Source: Bacteroides sp. (lineage in GTDB: Bacteria; Bacteroidota; Bacteroidia; Bacteroidales; P3). From it: a DNA stretch of 64,000 nucleotides. Where the stretch lies: NCBI GenBank assembly GCA_023662825.1, contig JAMPIH010000005.1, forward strand, positions 72,007 through 136,006. The letters are read 5' to 3'. Position 1 is the stretch's first letter, and the number at the start of each line of letters is the position of its first letter. A model generated the notes under the pieces. That model was given only the letters and a program-made list of their open reading frames with translations, did not search any database and had not been told where the DNA came from. The translations under genes were made by a program, and so were the position numbers. Below are positions 39,273 to 51,413 of this stretch, piece after piece.

Positions 39273-39345
39273 AAGAATAGACAGGCTCGCCCTCCGCACA
39301 AGAAGAAAGAAGTCTCATACGCCGTCTCAGGCGTAAAAACTAAAA

Positions 39346-39380
39346 AGGGAAGGGGAAAAGCATGGCTTTTCCCCTTCCCT
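39346..39380. terminator. Perfect 16-bp hairpin (agggaaggggaaaagc-atg-gcttttccccttccct) downstream of rplQ
   Basis: Perfect inverted repeat with A/T runs on both sides. Confidence 0.6.
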
Positions 39381-39413
39381 TTAAAAACTCCCTATCGGGA
39401 AGAATTCCGGAAC

Positions 39414-39893
39414 CTATTCGGCTTTCGGTTCTTCCGCAGCAGCCGGCGTTTCGGCAGCCGGAGCTTCGGCCGCTTTCTTCTTGCCGCCGCGACGGGTGCT
39501 CTTCGCCTTCGTTTCGGTGGCCTTGGTAGCGTTCATGCTGTAGTCCACCAATTCGATAAAGGCCATTTCCGCATTGTCGCCGATACGGTAGCCGGTTTTG
39601 AGGATGCGGGTGTAACCGCCGTTGCGCTGGGCAATCTTCTGCGAAATTTCGCGGAAAAGTTCGGTTACGGCTTCCTTGTTCTGCAGGTAGCTGAACACCA
39701 CGCGGCGCGAGTGGGTCGTATCTTCTTTCGACTTGGTGAGGATAGGTTCCACATAGCTGCGCAGAGCCTTGGCCTTGGCCAAGGTCGTATTGATCTTCTT
39801 GTGCAGGATCAGCGACGATGCCATGTTGGCCAACAATTGACGTCTGTGGGCGTGTGTCCTGCTAAGCTTATTGAATTTCTTTCCGTGTCTCAT
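39414..39893 (-). CDS. rplQ: 50S ribosomal protein L17 (with an Ala/Glu-rich C-terminal tail)
   Basis: Canonical L17 sequence. Confidence 0.95.
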   Translation of the reverse strand: MRHGKKFNKLSRTHAHRRQLLANMASSLILHKKINTTLAKAKALRSYVEPILTKSKEDTTHSRRVVFSYLQNKEAVTELFREISQKIAQRNGGYTRILKTGYRIGDNAEMAFIELVDYSMNATKATETKAKSTRRGGKKKAAEAPAAETPAAAEEPKAE

Positions 39894-39910
39894 TTTAAGG
39901 CTCCCCCTAA

Positions 39911-40918
39911 TTATTCTTCGTCTTTATCTGTTTTATTCAATTTGTATTTGCCGACGTTCAAGCCGAATTCCAGGTTCTTGGATTTCACCAGGTTTTCAAG
40001 TTCGGTAAGCGATTTCTTACCGAAATTGCGGAATTTGAGCAGGTCGGCCTTTTCGAACGACACCAGTTCGCCCAAGGTTTCCACTTCGGCCGCCTTCAGG
40101 CAGTTCAAAGCGCGAACCGAGAGTTCCATTTCAGACAGCTTGGTGTTGAGCAACTGGCGCATGTGCAGGTCGTCTTCATCAATATCGCTGCTGATGGTGG
40201 GCTCGGTCTGTTCGATGGCGATCTTTTCGTCGGAGAAGAGCATGAAGTGCGAGATAAGGATCTTCGCGGCGTCTTTCAAGGCTTCCTTGGGCGAAATCGA
40301 ACCGTCGGAAACAACCGTCAGGATCAATTCCTCGTAGTCGGTCTTCTGTTCAACACGGAAGTTTTCCTTTTCGTAGTGAACGTTCTTGATCGGCGTGTGA
40401 ATCGAGTCGATGGCGATCGTGCCCACAGGGTCGGAGGCGTTTTTGTTTTCTTCCGCCGGCACCCAACCGCGGCCTTTGTCGATCGTGATGTCCATGGTCA
40501 GCTTCACGCTGCTTTCCATGTGGCAGATCTCGAAGTCGGGATTCAACACGGTAAAGCCGTTCAAGGCGTTGTTCAGATCGCCGGCCTTGAACACTTCCTT
40601 GTTGGAAATCACCAAGTGAACCTTTTCGTGATCCGTGCCCTTGATCTGTTGCTTGAAACGGATCTGTTTCAAGTTCAACACGATATTGGTAACGTCTTCC
40701 AGCACACCCTTGATCGAGGCGAACTCGTGTTCGACCCCGTCGATACGGATGGACGTGATGGCAAACCCTTCCAAGGACGAAATCAGAATACGGCGCAGAG
40801 CATTCCCTATTGTAACCGCATAACCAGGCTCCAGCGGCCGGATCGAGAACACACCCGTGTGGTCGTCCAAGCTGCGAATACTTACTTTATCCGGTTTCTG
40901 AAAAGCTAAAATTGCCAT
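39911..40918 (-). CDS. rpoA: DNA-directed RNA polymerase subunit alpha
   Basis: Canonical. Confidence 0.95.
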   Translation of the reverse strand: MAILAFQKPDKVSIRSLDDHTGVFSIRPLEPGYAVTIGNALRRILISSLEGFAITSIRIDGVEHEFASIKGVLEDVTNIVLNLKQIRFKQQIKGTDHEKVHLVISNKEVFKAGDLNNALNGFTVLNPDFEICHMESSVKLTMDITIDKGRGWVPAEENKNASDPVGTIAIDSIHTPIKNVHYEKENFRVEQKTDYEELILTVVSDGSISPKEALKDAAKILISHFMLFSDEKIAIEQTEPTISSDIDEDDLHMRQLLNTKLSEMELSVRALNCLKAAEVETLGELVSFEKADLLKFRNFGKKSLTELENLVKSKNLEFGLNVGKYKLNKTDKDEE

Positions 40919-40996
40919 TAGTTTTTTAAGTTTAATGTTTTATACCAAGAAAAAACAAACCCAAAAGTGCGGAAAAGCACTTCAAGCAGCCGAGGG

Positions 40997-41602
40997 CTAC
41001 TTGGAGTACAATTCCACGATGAGTTGTTCCTTGATGTTTTCGGGAATGTTTTCGCGTTCGGGGAAGCTCAGGAACTTACCGCACATCTGCTTGCCATCCC
41101 ATTCCAACCAATTGTACTGGTTGCTGCGGCCTTCCAGCGAGTTGTTGATCACTTCCAGCGATTTGGATTTTTCGCGGACTTCAACGATGTCGCCGGGACG
41201 CAACTGGAACGAGGGGATGTTCACCACCTGGCCGTTCACCTCGATGTGGCGGTGTCCCACCAACTGACGGGCGGCGCTGCGGGTGGGGGCGATGCCCAGA
41301 CGGTAAACCACGTTGTCCAGACGGGATTCCAGAATCTTGAGCAAGTTTTCACCGGTGATACCCTGCTTGCGCGAGGCCTGGGCGAAAATCTTGCGGAACT
41401 GGCGTTCCAAAATGCCGTAAGTATATTTGGCTTTCTGTTTTTCCTTCAACTGCACACCGTACTCGGAAAGTTTGCTGCGGCGTTTGTTCTGGCCGTGTTG
41501 ACCGGGTGCATAGTTCTTGCGTTCCAGCACCTTGTCAGCTCCGAAGATGGGTTCTTGGAACTTTCTTGCAATCTTAGACTTGGGTCCAATATATCTTGCC
41601 AT
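40997..41602 (-). CDS. rpsD: 30S ribosomal protein S4
   Basis: Canonical. Confidence 0.95.
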   Translation of the reverse strand: MARYIGPKSKIARKFQEPIFGADKVLERKNYAPGQHGQNKRRSKLSEYGVQLKEKQKAKYTYGILERQFRKIFAQASRKQGITGENLLKILESRLDNVVYRLGIAPTRSAARQLVGHRHIEVNGQVVNIPSFQLRPGDIVEVREKSKSLEVINNSLEGRSNQYNWLEWDGKQMCGKFLSFPERENIPENIKEQLIVELYSK

Positions 41603-41638
41603 TGTTTGCTATGATTTATATGTACGTGTACTCTGAAA

Positions 41639-42046
41639 TTAAACTCTTCTTCTCTTGGGAGGACGGCAGCCGTTGTGGGGCAGGGGAGTAACGTCCGTAA
41701 TTTCGGTTACTTCGATACCGGCGCCGTGCAAGGTACGGATGGCCGATTCACGACCGGCCCCGGGCCCCTTCACGAAAACCTTTACCTTACGCAATCCCAA
41801 ATCATAGGCAACCTTGGCGCAATCGGTGGCGGCCATCTGGGCGGCATAGGGAGTGTTCTTCTTGGAACCCTTGAATCCCATCTTGCCGGCAGAAGCCCAC
41901 GAGATTACCTGGCCTGAATTGTTAGTGAGCGAGATGATCACATTGTTGAATGAAGCAAAGATGAAAGCCTTGCCTTGGGGCTCAACCTTGACAATCTTCT
42001 TCTTTGCAGTCTTGGCGTTTTTACCGCCGGTAGCAACTTTTGCCAT
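41639..42046 (-). CDS. rpsK: 30S ribosomal protein S11
   Basis: Canonical. Confidence 0.95.
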   Translation of the reverse strand: MAKVATGGKNAKTAKKKIVKVEPQGKAFIFASFNNVIISLTNNSGQVISWASAGKMGFKGSKKNTPYAAQMAATDCAKVAYDLGLRKVKVFVKGPGAGRESAIRTLHGAGIEVTEITDVTPLPHNGCRPPKRRRV

Positions 42047-42106
42047 GTTTTATTTAAATGAATGATGTTTATCCTATCAAAAACTATCAGCACACGCGAA
42101 CAAGGA

Positions 42107-42487
42107 TTAGCCTTTGGGCGCCTTCTTCTTGTTGGCCACGGTCTTCTTGCGGCCCTTGCGCGTACGGGCGTTGTTCTTGGTGCTCTGACCACGGAGGGGC
42201 AATCCCAGACGGTGACGGATACCACGGTAGCAACCGATATCCATCAGACGCTTGATGTTGGTTTGGACTTCCGAGCGCAAGGCGCCTTCCACTTTCAGCT
42301 TGTCGCCGATATAGGTACGGATCTTCGCCAATTCATCGTCGTTCCATTCTTCCACTTTCTTGTCGAAAGAAATACCGGAATCGGCCAAGATCTTACGAGC
42401 GGTGCTCCTTCCGATACCATAGATGTAGGTCAAGCCTACTTCCCCTCTTTTGTTCTTAGGTAAATCGATACCTGCAATACGTGCCAT
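42107..42487 (-). CDS. rpsM: 30S ribosomal protein S13
   Basis: Canonical. Confidence 0.95.
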   Translation of the reverse strand: MARIAGIDLPKNKRGEVGLTYIYGIGRSTARKILADSGISFDKKVEEWNDDELAKIRTYIGDKLKVEGALRSEVQTNIKRLMDIGCYRGIRHRLGLPLRGQSTKNNARTRKGRKKTVANKKKAPKG

Positions 42488-42529
42488 GTATTATTCCTGT
42501 TTTAAAATCAAACCTAAATTGCGTGCATT

Positions 42530-42646
42530 ATCAACCCTGACGCATTTTGTACTTAGGGTTCTTCTTATTAATCACGTAAACCACCCCCTTGCGTTTTACA
42601 ATCTTGCATTCGGGCGATCTCTTCTTTGCTGATGGCTTTACTTTCA
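42530..42646 (-). CDS. rpmJ: 50S ribosomal protein L36
   Basis: 38-aa [41 protein letters not shown] translated by hand; below the 60-aa cutoff of the ORF track. Confidence 0.85.
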
Positions 42647-42680
42647 TCGGTCTTCGTGTTATAAAGTTTGCTCAAAATTA

Positions 42681-42899
42681 CTATTTGTAGCGGAATACGA
42701 TACGTGCCTTGCTCAGATCGTAGGGCGACATTTCCAACTGTACTCTGTCTCCAGGCAGGATCTTGATGTAATGCAGGCGCATCTTTCCGGAAATATGGGC
42801 GATAACCGTATGCCCGTTTTCCAGTTCCACCCTGAACATGGCGTTGCCCAACGATTCTAAAACCGTTCCGTCCTGTTGTATGGATTGCTGTTTGGCCAT
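42681..42899 (-). CDS. infA: Translation initiation factor IF-1
   Basis: Canonical. Confidence 0.95.
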   Translation of the reverse strand: MAKQQSIQQDGTVLESLGNAMFRVELENGHTVIAHISGKMRLHYIKILPGDRVQLEMSPYDLSKARIVFRYK

Positions 42900-42902
42900 G
42901 TT

Positions 42903-43682
42903 TTATCTGTTCTTTAAAATGGTTTCCACTTTTTCAAAGCTTGACAGCACATCCGCTCCGTGTTCGGTAATCGTGACACTGTGTTCGAAATGTGCCGCCG
43001 GCTTGCCGTCTAAGGTGAATATACCCCAGCCGTCTTTGGCTACGCCTATATTGCGCTTGCCCATCGTAATCATGGGCTCGATCGCGATAACCATGCCTTT
43101 CTTCAGGAGGCAGCCGCTACCGCGTTTGCCGTAGTTCAACACATCCGGCTTCTCGTGCATATGGACGCCGACCCCGTGGCCGCAAAGTTCGCGTACTACC
43201 CCGTAACCCCGCGATTCCACGTATGTCTGTACCGCGTTTCCTATATCGCCGGTGCGGTTTCCGACGCGGGCCTGTTCGATGCCCTGGTAAAGCGAGGCCT
43301 TGGTGGCTTCCAGTAACTGTCGTACCGGTTCCTCGATGCGGCCTACCGCGAACGTATAGGCCGAGTCTCCGTGATAGCCGTCTTTCTCGACCACGCAATC
43401 TACCGAAACGATGTCTCCTTCTTTGAGTTCCTCTTCGGAAGGAAACCCGTGCACCACCATCTGGTTCACCGATACGCAAAGGGTAAAGGGAAAGCCTTCG
43501 TAACCCTTGCAGGCCGGAACCCCGCCCTGGGAGCGGATAAAGGCCTCAGCCATCCGGTCCAGTTCTATCGTCTTTACTCCCGGGGCGATCATCTTGGCCA
43601 CTTCGGCCAGGGTGTCGGCCACCAGAAGCGCGCTGGTGCGAATCTTCGCGATTTCCTGTTCGGTGTAGATGCGCGGTGTCAT
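42903..43682 (-). CDS. map: Type I methionine aminopeptidase
   Basis: Canonical; ATG at 43682 (the track ORF begins at TTG 43703). Confidence 0.9.
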   Translation of the reverse strand: MTPRIYTEQEIAKIRTSALLVADTLAEVAKMIAPGVKTIELDRMAEAFIRSQGGVPACKGYEGFPFTLCVSVNQMVVHGFPSEEELKEGDIVSVDCVVEKDGYHGDSAYTFAVGRIEEPVRQLLEATKASLYQGIEQARVGNRTGDIGNAVQTYVESRGYGVVRELCGHGVGVHMHEKPDVLNYGKRGSGCLLKKGMVIAIEPMITMGKRNIGVAKDGWGIFTLDGKPAAHFEHSVTITEHGADVLSSFEKVETILKNR

Positions 43683-43695
43683 TCTACGAAACAAA

Positions 43696-45057
43696 CTAAG
43701 CAACGCCGTAAGCTCCGCCCGAACGGCCCTTGATGCGGCCCGACTTGGTCAAGCCGTCGTAGTGGCGCATCAACAGGTGACTTTCGATTTGTTGCAAGGT
43801 ATCCAGGATAACGCCCACCATAATCAGCAGCGAGGTGCCGCCGTAGAACTGGGCGAACTGGGTGCTCACGCCGAAAAGCCTTACGATGGCCGGCAGGATG
43901 GCTACGAAAGCCAGGAAAATGGAGCCGGGCAGGGTAATGCGGGAAATCACGTCATCGATGAATTCCATCGTCTTCTTGCCGGGCTTGATGCCGGGAATGA
44001 ACCCGTTGTTGCGCTTCAAGTCGTCGGCAATCTGTTGCGAGTTCATCGTAATCGCCGTATAGAAATAGGTGAATGCGATAATCAGCAACGCGAACACAAA
44101 GTTATACCAAAAACTGTTAAAATCCATAAAAGCTCTCCAAAAACCCGAGTTTACGGCTTCGGGAGAGGCGAAGCCCGCTACGGTAACGGGAATGAACATC
44201 AGCGCCTGGGCGAAGATGATGGGCATGACGCCGGCCGCGTTCACCTTCATGGGAAGGTATTGGCGTACGCCGCCGTACTGTTTGTTGCCCACGATACGCT
44301 TGGCGTACTGAACGGGAATCCTGCGGGTTCCCTGCACCAGAAGGATGCAGAGGAAGATGACCACGATGAGGACCACCAGTTCCACCATGAACACCACCAG
44401 ACCGCCGCCCTGCTGTTCCAGACGCGAAACGAATTCGCCGAAGAGCGCGAAAGGCAGACGGGCGATGATACCGATCATGATGATGAGCGAGATACCGTTT
44501 CCGATACCCTTGTCGGTGATCTTTTCACCCAACCACATCACGAACAGGGTGCCTGCGGTAAGGATGATGCAGGAAGACACCCAGAAGAACACACCCGGAT
44601 TGGCGCCGTTAAAGGGAATGAAGGCCGTGGCGGGCAGCTGGCTTACCACATTGGTGAGGTAGGCGGGCGCCTGCATGGCGGTAACGGCGATCGTGAGCCA
44701 GCGGGTAATCTGGTTCATCTTCCGGCGGCCGCTTTCCCCTTCTTTCTGAAGTTTCTGGAAGTAGGGGATAGCCATTCCGAACAATTGCACGATAATCGAT
44801 GCGGAAATGTAGGGCATAATCCCCAACGCAAACACAGATGCATTGGAGAACGCACCCCCGGAGAACATGTTCAACAAGCCGAGCAAACCGTCGCTTGTCT
44901 GTTGCTGGAGCGCTCCCAACTGGGCGGGATCGACACCCGGCAATACAATAAAAGAACCTACCCGGTAAATCACGATGATTCCCAGCGTATAGAGGATTCT
45001 CTTGCGGAGCTCCTCTATCTTGTAGATGTTCTTTATGGTTTCAATGAATCTTTTCAT
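43696..45057 (-). CDS. secY: Preprotein translocase subunit SecY
   Basis: Canonical. Confidence 0.95.
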   Translation of the reverse strand: MKRFIETIKNIYKIEELRKRILYTLGIIVIYRVGSFIVLPGVDPAQLGALQQQTSDGLLGLLNMFSGGAFSNASVFALGIMPYISASIIVQLFGMAIPYFQKLQKEGESGRRKMNQITRWLTIAVTAMQAPAYLTNVVSQLPATAFIPFNGANPGVFFWVSSCIILTAGTLFVMWLGEKITDKGIGNGISLIIMIGIIARLPFALFGEFVSRLEQQGGGLVVFMVELVVLIVVIFLCILLVQGTRRIPVQYAKRIVGNKQYGGVRQYLPMKVNAAGVMPIIFAQALMFIPVTVAGFASPEAVNSGFWRAFMDFNSFWYNFVFALLIIAFTYFYTAITMNSQQIADDLKRNNGFIPGIKPGKKTMEFIDDVISRITLPGSIFLAFVAILPAIVRLFGVSTQFAQFYGGTSLLIMVGVILDTLQQIESHLLMRHYDGLTKSGRIKGRSGGAYGVA

Positions 45058-45092
45058 CAATTATCGGTAATAAGGTGGAAACTGTAAGCTGG

Positions 45093-45554
45093 TTAGGCTT
45101 GGGGCTTTTCAACCAGATTGGCGGAACCGCCTTTGGCTTCGATCGCTTCTTTCGCCTTGGCGGAGAAAGCGTCGGCAACAACCGTGATGGCGGAGTTCAG
45201 TTCGCCACGGCCGAGGATCTTGATCTTGTCGCGCTTGGCGGCGAAACCGCAATCTACCAGCACCTGAAGGTTGATTTCCTTGATACCTTTTTCGGTAGCG
45301 ATCTTTTCCAACGTATCCAGGTTGACGGCGTTGTATTCAATATGGTTGATGTTCTTGAAACCGCTCTTGGGAACTCGCCTGTACAAGGGCATCTGACCAC
45401 CTTCGAAACCTATTTTGCGGCTGTAACCCGAACGGGATTGCGCACCCTTGTGACCTCTGCCGGCAGTTTGACCGTTGCCCGAGCCGTAACCACGGCCCTT
45501 GCGTTTGTTGGTTCTCACCGAACCTTTGGCAGGGGTTAAAACTGATAAGTCCAT
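45093..45554 (-). CDS. rplO: 50S ribosomal protein L15
   Basis: Canonical. Confidence 0.95.
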   Translation of the reverse strand: MDLSVLTPAKGSVRTNKRKGRGYGSGNGQTAGRGHKGAQSRSGYSRKIGFEGGQMPLYRRVPKSGFKNINHIEYNAVNLDTLEKIATEKGIKEINLQVLVDCGFAAKRDKIKILGRGELNSAITVVADAFSAKAKEAIEAKGGSANLVEKPQA

Positions 45555-45602
45555 ATCTAAAATTCTTTTTCTCGCGTTTGTAACTAAGTTTGAGCCCCGG
45601 GA

Positions 45603-45782
45603 TTAGATTTCTTCGATCGTAATCAAGTGGCTTACTTTGGCAATCATACCTTCCACCTGAGGCGTAAGCGTGGCTTCGGCCATTTTGCCGATACGGCCCA
45701 ACTTCAAGGCTTCAAGGGTTCTTTTTTGCCGGAGGGGGCGATCGATCGCGCTCCTAACTTGTGTCAATTTAACCTTCTTCAT
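45603..45782 (-). CDS. rpmD: 50S ribosomal protein L30
   Basis: 59-aa ORF MKKVKLTQVRSAIDRPLRQKRTLEALKLGRIGKMAEATLTPQVEGMIAKVSHLITIEEI translated by hand; not in the ORF track (<60 aa). Confidence 0.85.
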   Translation of the reverse strand: MKKVKLTQVRSAIDRPLRQKRTLEALKLGRIGKMAEATLTPQVEGMIAKVSHLITIEEI

Positions 45783-45808
45783 GGCGTTTCTCCTTTTCTG
45801 TTTGGGGC

Positions 45809-46327
45809 TTAGCCGTTAAACACTTTGTCCAGTTCAATGCCTCTCAACTGAGCTACCGTATAAGGATCGCGCAACTGGGAAAGGGCGTTGATGGTGGCCT
45901 TCACCACCGAGTGGGCGTTGGAAGAACCTTTCGATTTGGCCAACACGTCGTGCACCCCTACGCTTTCCAATACGGCACGCATGGCACCGCCGGCGATAAC
46001 ACCCGTACCGGGAGCGGCCGGCTTGAGGAATACGGTGGCGCCGCTGTACTTGCCATATTGTTCGTGGGGGATGGTCCCTTTGAGAACAGGCACCTTGATA
46101 AGGTTTTTCTTGGCATCGTCCAAGCCTTTCTGAACGGCGGCCTGAACTTCCTTGGCTTTACCAAGGCCGTAGCCTACCACTCCGTTGCCGTTTCCAACCA
46201 CAACGATGGCCGAAAAACTGAACGTACGGCCACCCTTGGTTACCTTGGTAACGCGGTTGATGGCCACCAACTTGTCCTGGAACTCGATATCGCTCGATTT
46301 CACTCTCTTTACGTTTGCGTCTGTCAT
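45809..46327 (-). CDS. rpsE: 30S ribosomal protein S5
   Basis: Canonical. Confidence 0.95.
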   Translation of the reverse strand: MTDANVKRVKSSDIEFQDKLVAINRVTKVTKGGRTFSFSAIVVVGNGNGVVGYGLGKAKEVQAAVQKGLDDAKKNLIKVPVLKGTIPHEQYGKYSGATVFLKPAAPGTGVIAGGAMRAVLESVGVHDVLAKSKGSSNAHSVVKATINALSQLRDPYTVAQLRGIELDKVFNG

Positions 46328-46339
46328 AACCTTATATCC

Positions 46340-46693
46340 TTAGAATTTGAGACCAGCTTCCCTGGCACCGTCGGCCAAAGCTTTAACACGTCCGTGATAC
46401 AAATATCCGTTGCGGTCGAAAACCACTTGGGAGATTCCCGCGCTTTTGGCACGTTCCGCCAAGATTTTGCCAACTTCCACAGACTGCTCGGTTTTGGTTC
46501 CCTTTACGGTAAAGGACTTTTCCTTGGAGGAAGCCTGTACGAGCGTTTTGCCATCGAGGTCGTTAATGATTTGAGCGTAGATGTCGCGGTTGCTGCGGAA
46601 CACGCTCAAACGGGGCATTTCCTTGCTGCCCGTAATCTTCTTGCGAATGCGCATCTTGATGCGCGTTCTTCTATATGATTTTGTAATAGCCAT
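46340..46693 (-). CDS. rplR: 50S ribosomal protein L18
   Basis: Canonical. Confidence 0.95.
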   Translation of the reverse strand: MAITKSYRRTRIKMRIRKKITGSKEMPRLSVFRSNRDIYAQIINDLDGKTLVQASSKEKSFTVKGTKTEQSVEVGKILAERAKSAGISQVVFDRNGYLYHGRVKALADGAREAGLKF

Positions 46694-46717
46694 CGTGCAA
46701 ATATATTTAATAGTCCG

Positions 46718-47287
46718 CTATTTCTTGGCGCTGGCTGCCGATTTACCGGCTTTTCTGCGCAGGATTTCGCCTTCAAACTTGATACCTTTTCCTTTGTAAG
46801 GTTCGGGCTTACGGTAGGAGCGGATCTTGGCGCAAACCATACCGAGCAACTCCTTGTCGTGGGATTCCAAAGTCAGGGTAGGGTTCTTACCTTTTTCGGC
46901 GGTAGCCGTGGCCTTGACTTCCTTGGGCAGTTCGAGGAACAAGTTGTGCGAAAAGCCCAAAGCCAGGTCGATGATCTGTCCGTTGACAGTGGCCCTGTAA
47001 CCGACCCCCACGATTTCCATCGTGGTCTTATATCCTTCCGAAACACCGACCACCATATTGTTGATGAGGGCGCGGTACAGACCGTGCAACGCGCGGTGGC
47101 GTTTCTGGTCGGTGGGACGCTCAACCAATACGTGGCTGTTTTCCGTATCTACTCGCACCGTGATGTCGGGATCTACCATACGGTTCAATTCGCCCTTGGG
47201 GCCCTTTACCGTTACCAAGTTGTTGCTGGCAACCGTTACCGTCACTCCCTTAGGAAGGTTTATAGGTGCTTTACCAATTCTTGACAT
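46718..47287 (-). CDS. rplF: 50S ribosomal protein L6
   Basis: Canonical; ATG at 47287. Confidence 0.95.
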   Translation of the reverse strand: MSRIGKAPINLPKGVTVTVASNNLVTVKGPKGELNRMVDPDITVRVDTENSHVLVERPTDQKRHRALHGLYRALINNMVVGVSEGYKTTMEIVGVGYRATVNGQIIDLALGFSHNLFLELPKEVKATATAEKGKNPTLTLESHDKELLGMVCAKIRSYRKPEPYKGKGIKFEGEILRRKAGKSAASAKK

Positions 47288-47298
47288 TGTTTTGTTGT

Positions 47299-47694
47299 TT
47301 AGCTGATGAAACAAATAACTTCGCCGCCAACATTTTCCTTGCGGGCTTCCTTGTCGGTCATCAGGCCTTTGGAGGTTGACATGATGGCGATGCCCAGACC
47401 GTTCATCACGCGGGGAAGGTTTTCGGTGTCGGCGTAGCGACGCAAACCGGGCGTGCTCACACGGTCGATCCGGTGGATGGCCGGAGTCTTGGTGGCAGGA
47501 TGATATTTCAAAGCGATTTTCAGCGTGGGTTTCACACCTTCTTCCACCTTGTAGTTTACGATATAACCCTTTTCAAACAAAATGCGCGCGATGCCCGCCT
47601 TCATTTTGGAGGAAGGCACTTCCACCATCCTCTTTTTGGCCATATTGGCGTTTCTGATAACGGTCAAAAAGTCCGCAATAGAATCTGATATCAT
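47299..47694 (-). CDS. rpsH: 30S ribosomal protein S8
   Basis: Canonical. Confidence 0.95.
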   Translation of the reverse strand: MISDSIADFLTVIRNANMAKKRMVEVPSSKMKAGIARILFEKGYIVNYKVEEGVKPTLKIALKYHPATKTPAIHRIDRVSTPGLRRYADTENLPRVMNGLGIAIMSTSKGLMTDKEARKENVGGEVICFIS

Positions 47695-47725
47695 GGTTTC
47701 TCTCTTTCTTTTTTAGGTTAAGGGA

Positions 47726-47995
47726 CTACCAACTGGCTTTCTTAACGCCCGGAATCAAACCTTGCAGCGCCATTTCCCTGAAGTTGATACGCGAAATGCC
47801 AAACACCCGCATATAACCTTTGGGACGACCGGTAAGTTTGCAACGGTTGTGCAAGCGAACGGGCGAAGCGTTCTTGGGTATTCTTTGCAGGGCATCGTAA
47901 TCGCCTGCTTTCTTGAGCTCGGCACGCTTCTGGGCATATTTAGCAACCATGCGTTCTCTCTTGAGCTCTCTGGCTTTCATTGATTCTTTTGCCAT
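47726..47995 (-). CDS. rpsN: 30S ribosomal protein S14
   Basis: Canonical. Confidence 0.95.
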   Translation of the reverse strand: MAKESMKARELKRERMVAKYAQKRAELKKAGDYDALQRIPKNASPVRLHNRCKLTGRPKGYMRVFGISRINFREMALQGLIPGVKKASW

Positions 47996-48001
47996 AGTGC
48001 G

Positions 48002-48559
48002 CTACTTGTTTTGTTTTTGAAAAGGCATGCCAAACTCTCTTAACAAAGCGTATGCTTCCTTATCGTTGGTTGCGGTAGTTACAAAGGTAATGTCCATACC
48101 GCTGATTTTATTGATTTTGTCGATATTGATTTCGGGAAAGATAATCTGTTCGGTTACACCGAAAGAAAAGTTACCCTTTCCGTCGAATCCCTTGTCGCTG
48201 ATACCCCTGAAGTCGCGGATACGGGGGATGGCCACCGAAATAAGGCGGTCGAGGAATTCGTACATGCGTTCACCGCGCAAGGTAACCCTTACGCCGATGG
48301 GCATGCCCTTACGAACCTTGAAGTTCGAAATGTCCTTCTTCGATTTGGTGGCAACCGCACGCTGGCCGGTAATGGCCGTCATTTCTTCCACGCCGAAGTC
48401 GATCAGCTTCTTGTCGGCAACGGCATTCCCGAGGCCCTGGTTCAAGCAAATCTTAACAAGGCGGGGAACCTGCATCACGCTCTTGTAACCGAATTCGTTC
48501 TTGAGATTCGGCACGATAGTGGTAGCGTATTTTTCTCTAAGTCTCGGCGAATAGCTCAT
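48002..48559 (-). CDS. rplE: 50S ribosomal protein L5
   Basis: Canonical. Confidence 0.95.
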   Translation of the reverse strand: MSYSPRLREKYATTIVPNLKNEFGYKSVMQVPRLVKICLNQGLGNAVADKKLIDFGVEEMTAITGQRAVATKSKKDISNFKVRKGMPIGVRVTLRGERMYEFLDRLISVAIPRIRDFRGISDKGFDGKGNFSFGVTEQIIFPEINIDKINKISGMDITFVTTATNDKEAYALLREFGMPFQKQNK

Positions 48560-48876
48560 TACTTAATTACCTCCCCTGATTTTTTAGAATAGCGAACTGA
48601 TTTATTGGTCTTTTCATCCAACTTGCGGCCGATACGGGTGGCATTGCCCTTGCCGTCAACCACCATCAGGTTCGAAATATGGATTCCTGCTTCTTTCTTG
48701 ATGATGCCGCCCTGAGGATTCTTGGAGTTGGGCTTGGTGTGCTTGGATACCATGTTGATACCTTCCACCTTGGCGCGGAGCTTTTCGCGATCCACCATCA
48801 GCACCTTACCCTGCATGCCCTTGTCGTCACCGGCCAGCACCTTAACGGTGTCTCCTTTTTTGATGTGTAATTTCAT
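48559..48876 (-). CDS. rplX: 50S ribosomal protein L24
   Basis: Canonical. Confidence 0.95.
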   Translation of the reverse strand: MKLHIKKGDTVKVLAGDDKGMQGKVLMVDREKLRAKVEGINMVSKHTKPNSKNPQGGIIKKEAGIHISNLMVVDGKGNATRIGRKLDEKTNKSVRYSKKSGEVIK

Positions 48877-48890
48877 GGTCGTATTTCCTA

Positions 48891-49259
48891 TTAAAGCACT
48901 TCGGGTGCCAGTGAAACAATCTTCATGAATTGCTTTTCACGCAACTCGCGGGCTACCGGGCCGAAGATACGGGTACCACGCATTTCGTCGGCGGCGTTAA
49001 GCAATACAACAGCGTTGTCGTCAAACCGGATGTACGAGCCATCGGGTCTGCGTACTTCTTTGGTGGTTCTTACAACAACAGCCTTCGATACGGTTCCTTT
49101 CTTAACGTTGCCGGAAGGAAGCGCGTCTTTAATGGCGACAACGATTTTGTCACCTACACTCGCGTATCTTCTCTTGGTACCACCCAAGACGCGGATGCAG
49201 AGTACCGACTTCGCCCCACTGTTATCGGCAACACTAAGCCTAGTTTCTTGCTGTATCAT
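48891..49259 (-). CDS. rplN: 50S ribosomal protein L14
   Basis: Canonical. Confidence 0.95.
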   Translation of the reverse strand: MIQQETRLSVADNSGAKSVLCIRVLGGTKRRYASVGDKIVVAIKDALPSGNVKKGTVSKAVVVRTTKEVRRPDGSYIRFDDNAVVLLNAADEMRGTRIFGPVARELREKQFMKIVSLAPEVL

Positions 49260-49261
49260 AA

Positions 49262-49516
49262 CTATTTAGCTCTTTCAATGATTTCAACTAATCTCCAACA
49301 TTTATCCTTGCTCAAAGGACGGGTTTCCATGATGCGTACGGTATCACCGATGTTGCACGTGTTTTCCTCGTCATGGGCTTTGAACTTGGTCGATTTCTTG
49401 ACGAACTTACCGTAAATGGGGTGTTTCGTCTTGCGCTCAACCAGAACGGTTATGGTTTTCTGCATTTTATTGCTGACCACTACACCGATTCTTTCTTTTC
49501 TAAGATTCCTTTCCAT
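49262..49516 (-). CDS. rpsQ: 30S ribosomal protein S17
   Basis: Canonical. Confidence 0.95.
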   Translation of the reverse strand: MERNLRKERIGVVVSNKMQKTITVLVERKTKHPIYGKFVKKSTKFKAHDEENTCNIGDTVRIMETRPLSKDKCWRLVEIIERAK

Positions 49517-49533
49517 CTTTTCCTCCTTTGGGG

Positions 49534-49731
49534 CTATTGAGCCAATTCCCTGCGGCGCAATTCCGTCAGGATACGGGCGATATTTTTCTTGTGAGTCTTG
49601 ATAAGGTTCGGGTTTTCAACAGGAGAAATTGCATGATTCAATTTCATCTTGTGCAACTCGGCCCTTTCCGTGTCCAAGCGGTCCTGCAGTTCCGCGGTCG
49701 ACAGTTCCTTTACTACGAATTCTGATTTCAT
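49534..49731 (-). CDS. rpmC: 50S ribosomal protein L29
   Basis: Canonical. Confidence 0.9.
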   Translation of the reverse strand: MKSEFVVKELSTAELQDRLDTERAELHKMKLNHAISPVENPNLIKTHKKNIARILTELRRRELAQ

Positions 49732-49744
49732 GGCTTATCCCTTA

Positions 49745-50167
49745 TTATTCGGCTACGTAATCTCTCCTTACTACAAACTTAACGGCTACGGGCAGCTTCT
49801 GCGATGCCAACCTAAGTGCTTCCTTGGCTACATCCATGGGTACACCGTCGGCTTCGAACAAAATACGTCCCGGGTTGATACGGGCCACAAAGTATTCGGG
49901 AGCACCTTTACCCTTACCCATACGTACTTCGTTAGGCTTCTTGGTAATGGGCTTGTCGGGGAAAACACGTATCCAAATCTGACCTTCACGTTTCATATAA
50001 CGGGTTACGGCCTGACGTGCGGCTTCCAATTGGCGGGCCGTAATGAAAGCGGTTTCCAAGGACTTGATTCCAAAAGAACCGAAAGCAATCTCGGCGCCTC
50101 TCTTGGTATTGCCTTTCAGTCTGCCTTTTTGTTGCTTTCTGAATTTGGTTTTCTTGGGTTGTAACAT
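49745..50167 (-). CDS. rplP: 50S ribosomal protein L16
   Basis: Canonical. Confidence 0.95.
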   Translation of the reverse strand: MLQPKKTKFRKQQKGRLKGNTKRGAEIAFGSFGIKSLETAFITARQLEAARQAVTRYMKREGQIWIRVFPDKPITKKPNEVRMGKGKGAPEYFVARINPGRILFEADGVPMDVAKEALRLASQKLPVAVKFVVRRDYVAE

Positions 50168-50197
50168 CTCTGTATAAGGTTAAAATGTTAGCGAATG

Positions 50198-50932
50198 TTA
50201 GTTGGCTTTCTTTCTTCTTCCACCCATACCGGAGCGGGGAGCCATCGACCTTCCGGAGTTTTCTTTGGCGGCGGGAGCGGCGGTAAAGGCTACCGACAGG
50301 TCGCACTTGCCGTAGATAACGCCCCTGCAGATCCAAACCTTGATACCGAGGCGGCCGTAAGTGGTGTGGGCTTCAGCCAAGGCGTAGTCGATATCGGCGC
50401 GCAAGGTGTGCAAGGGGGTACGGCCTTCCTTGAAGTGTTCGGTACGCGCCATTTCGGCACCGCCCAAACGGCCGGAAATCTGAACCTTGATACCTTCGGC
50501 ACCCATACGCATGGCCGACGAGATGGCCGTCTTGATAGCCTTGCGGTACGAAACACGGCCTTCGAGCTGGCGGGCGATGGAGGAAGCCACGATAACGGCG
50601 TCCAATTCGGGACGTTTGATTTCGGAAATGCTGATCTGGATTTCCTTTCCGGTAAGTTTCTTCAACTCTTCCTTGAGTTTATCCACTTCCTGACCGGCCT
50701 TGCCGATAATCAATCCCGGACGAGCGGTAAAGATGGTGATCGTAACCATTTTCAGTGTCCGTTCGATCAAAATCTTGGAAACACTGGCTTTGGCCAAACG
50801 AACGTTCAAGTATTTGCGGATCTTGTCGTCTTCCACCAACTTGGTTTCGAAACGGCGACCGCCATACCAACTGGAATCCCAGCCTCTGATGATCCCTAAT
50901 CTATTGCCTATCGGGTTTGTTTTTTGTCCCAT
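50198..50932 (-). CDS. rpsC: 30S ribosomal protein S3
   Basis: Canonical. Confidence 0.95.
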   Translation of the reverse strand: MGQKTNPIGNRLGIIRGWDSSWYGGRRFETKLVEDDKIRKYLNVRLAKASVSKILIERTLKMVTITIFTARPGLIIGKAGQEVDKLKEELKKLTGKEIQISISEIKRPELDAVIVASSIARQLEGRVSYRKAIKTAISSAMRMGAEGIKVQISGRLGGAEMARTEHFKEGRTPLHTLRADIDYALAEAHTTYGRLGIKVWICRGVIYGKCDLSVAFTAAPAAKENSGRSMAPRSGMGGRRKKAN

Positions 50933-50934
50933 GG

Positions 50935-51387
50935 TTACTTGTTTTCAGCTTCTTTTTCGACATTCTTTTTCTTCGGTTCGGCCTGTGCGGTCAAATCGCG
51001 GCTACCCAAAATGAGGGTTACGTGGTTGGAACGTTTGCGGATCCGGTAACCTCTGCCTTGAGGCGCGGGACGCAAGCGTTTGAGTTGAGCTCCACCGTCC
51101 ACAAAAATTTCCTTTACGTACAGGTGGGCGTCTTCCATGCGCACGCCTTCGTTCTTGCTCTGCCAGTTGGCCATGGCCGAACGGAGTAACTTGTGCAGCT
51201 TGGGAGCAGCTTCCCGGTGACCGTATTGGAGAACGGCCAAAGCCTTTTCAACATCCAGCCCGCGGATCAAATCGGCGGTGTAGCGCGTTTTGCGAGGCGA
51301 GGTGGGGTTGTTGTTCAACTTGGCCACGTAGAGCGTCTTCTTCTGCTCTTTTATCTTTTCGGCACGAATACGTTTTCTCGATCCCAT
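50935..51387 (-). CDS. rplV: 50S ribosomal protein L22
   Basis: Canonical. Confidence 0.95.
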   Translation of the reverse strand: MGSRKRIRAEKIKEQKKTLYVAKLNNNPTSPRKTRYTADLIRGLDVEKALAVLQYGHREAAPKLHKLLRSAMANWQSKNEGVRMEDAHLYVKEIFVDGGAQLKRLRPAPQGRGYRIRKRSNHVTLILGSRDLTAQAEPKKKNVEKEAENK

Positions 51388-51413
51388 TGCTCTATGCTTT
51401 TACTAACGGTGAA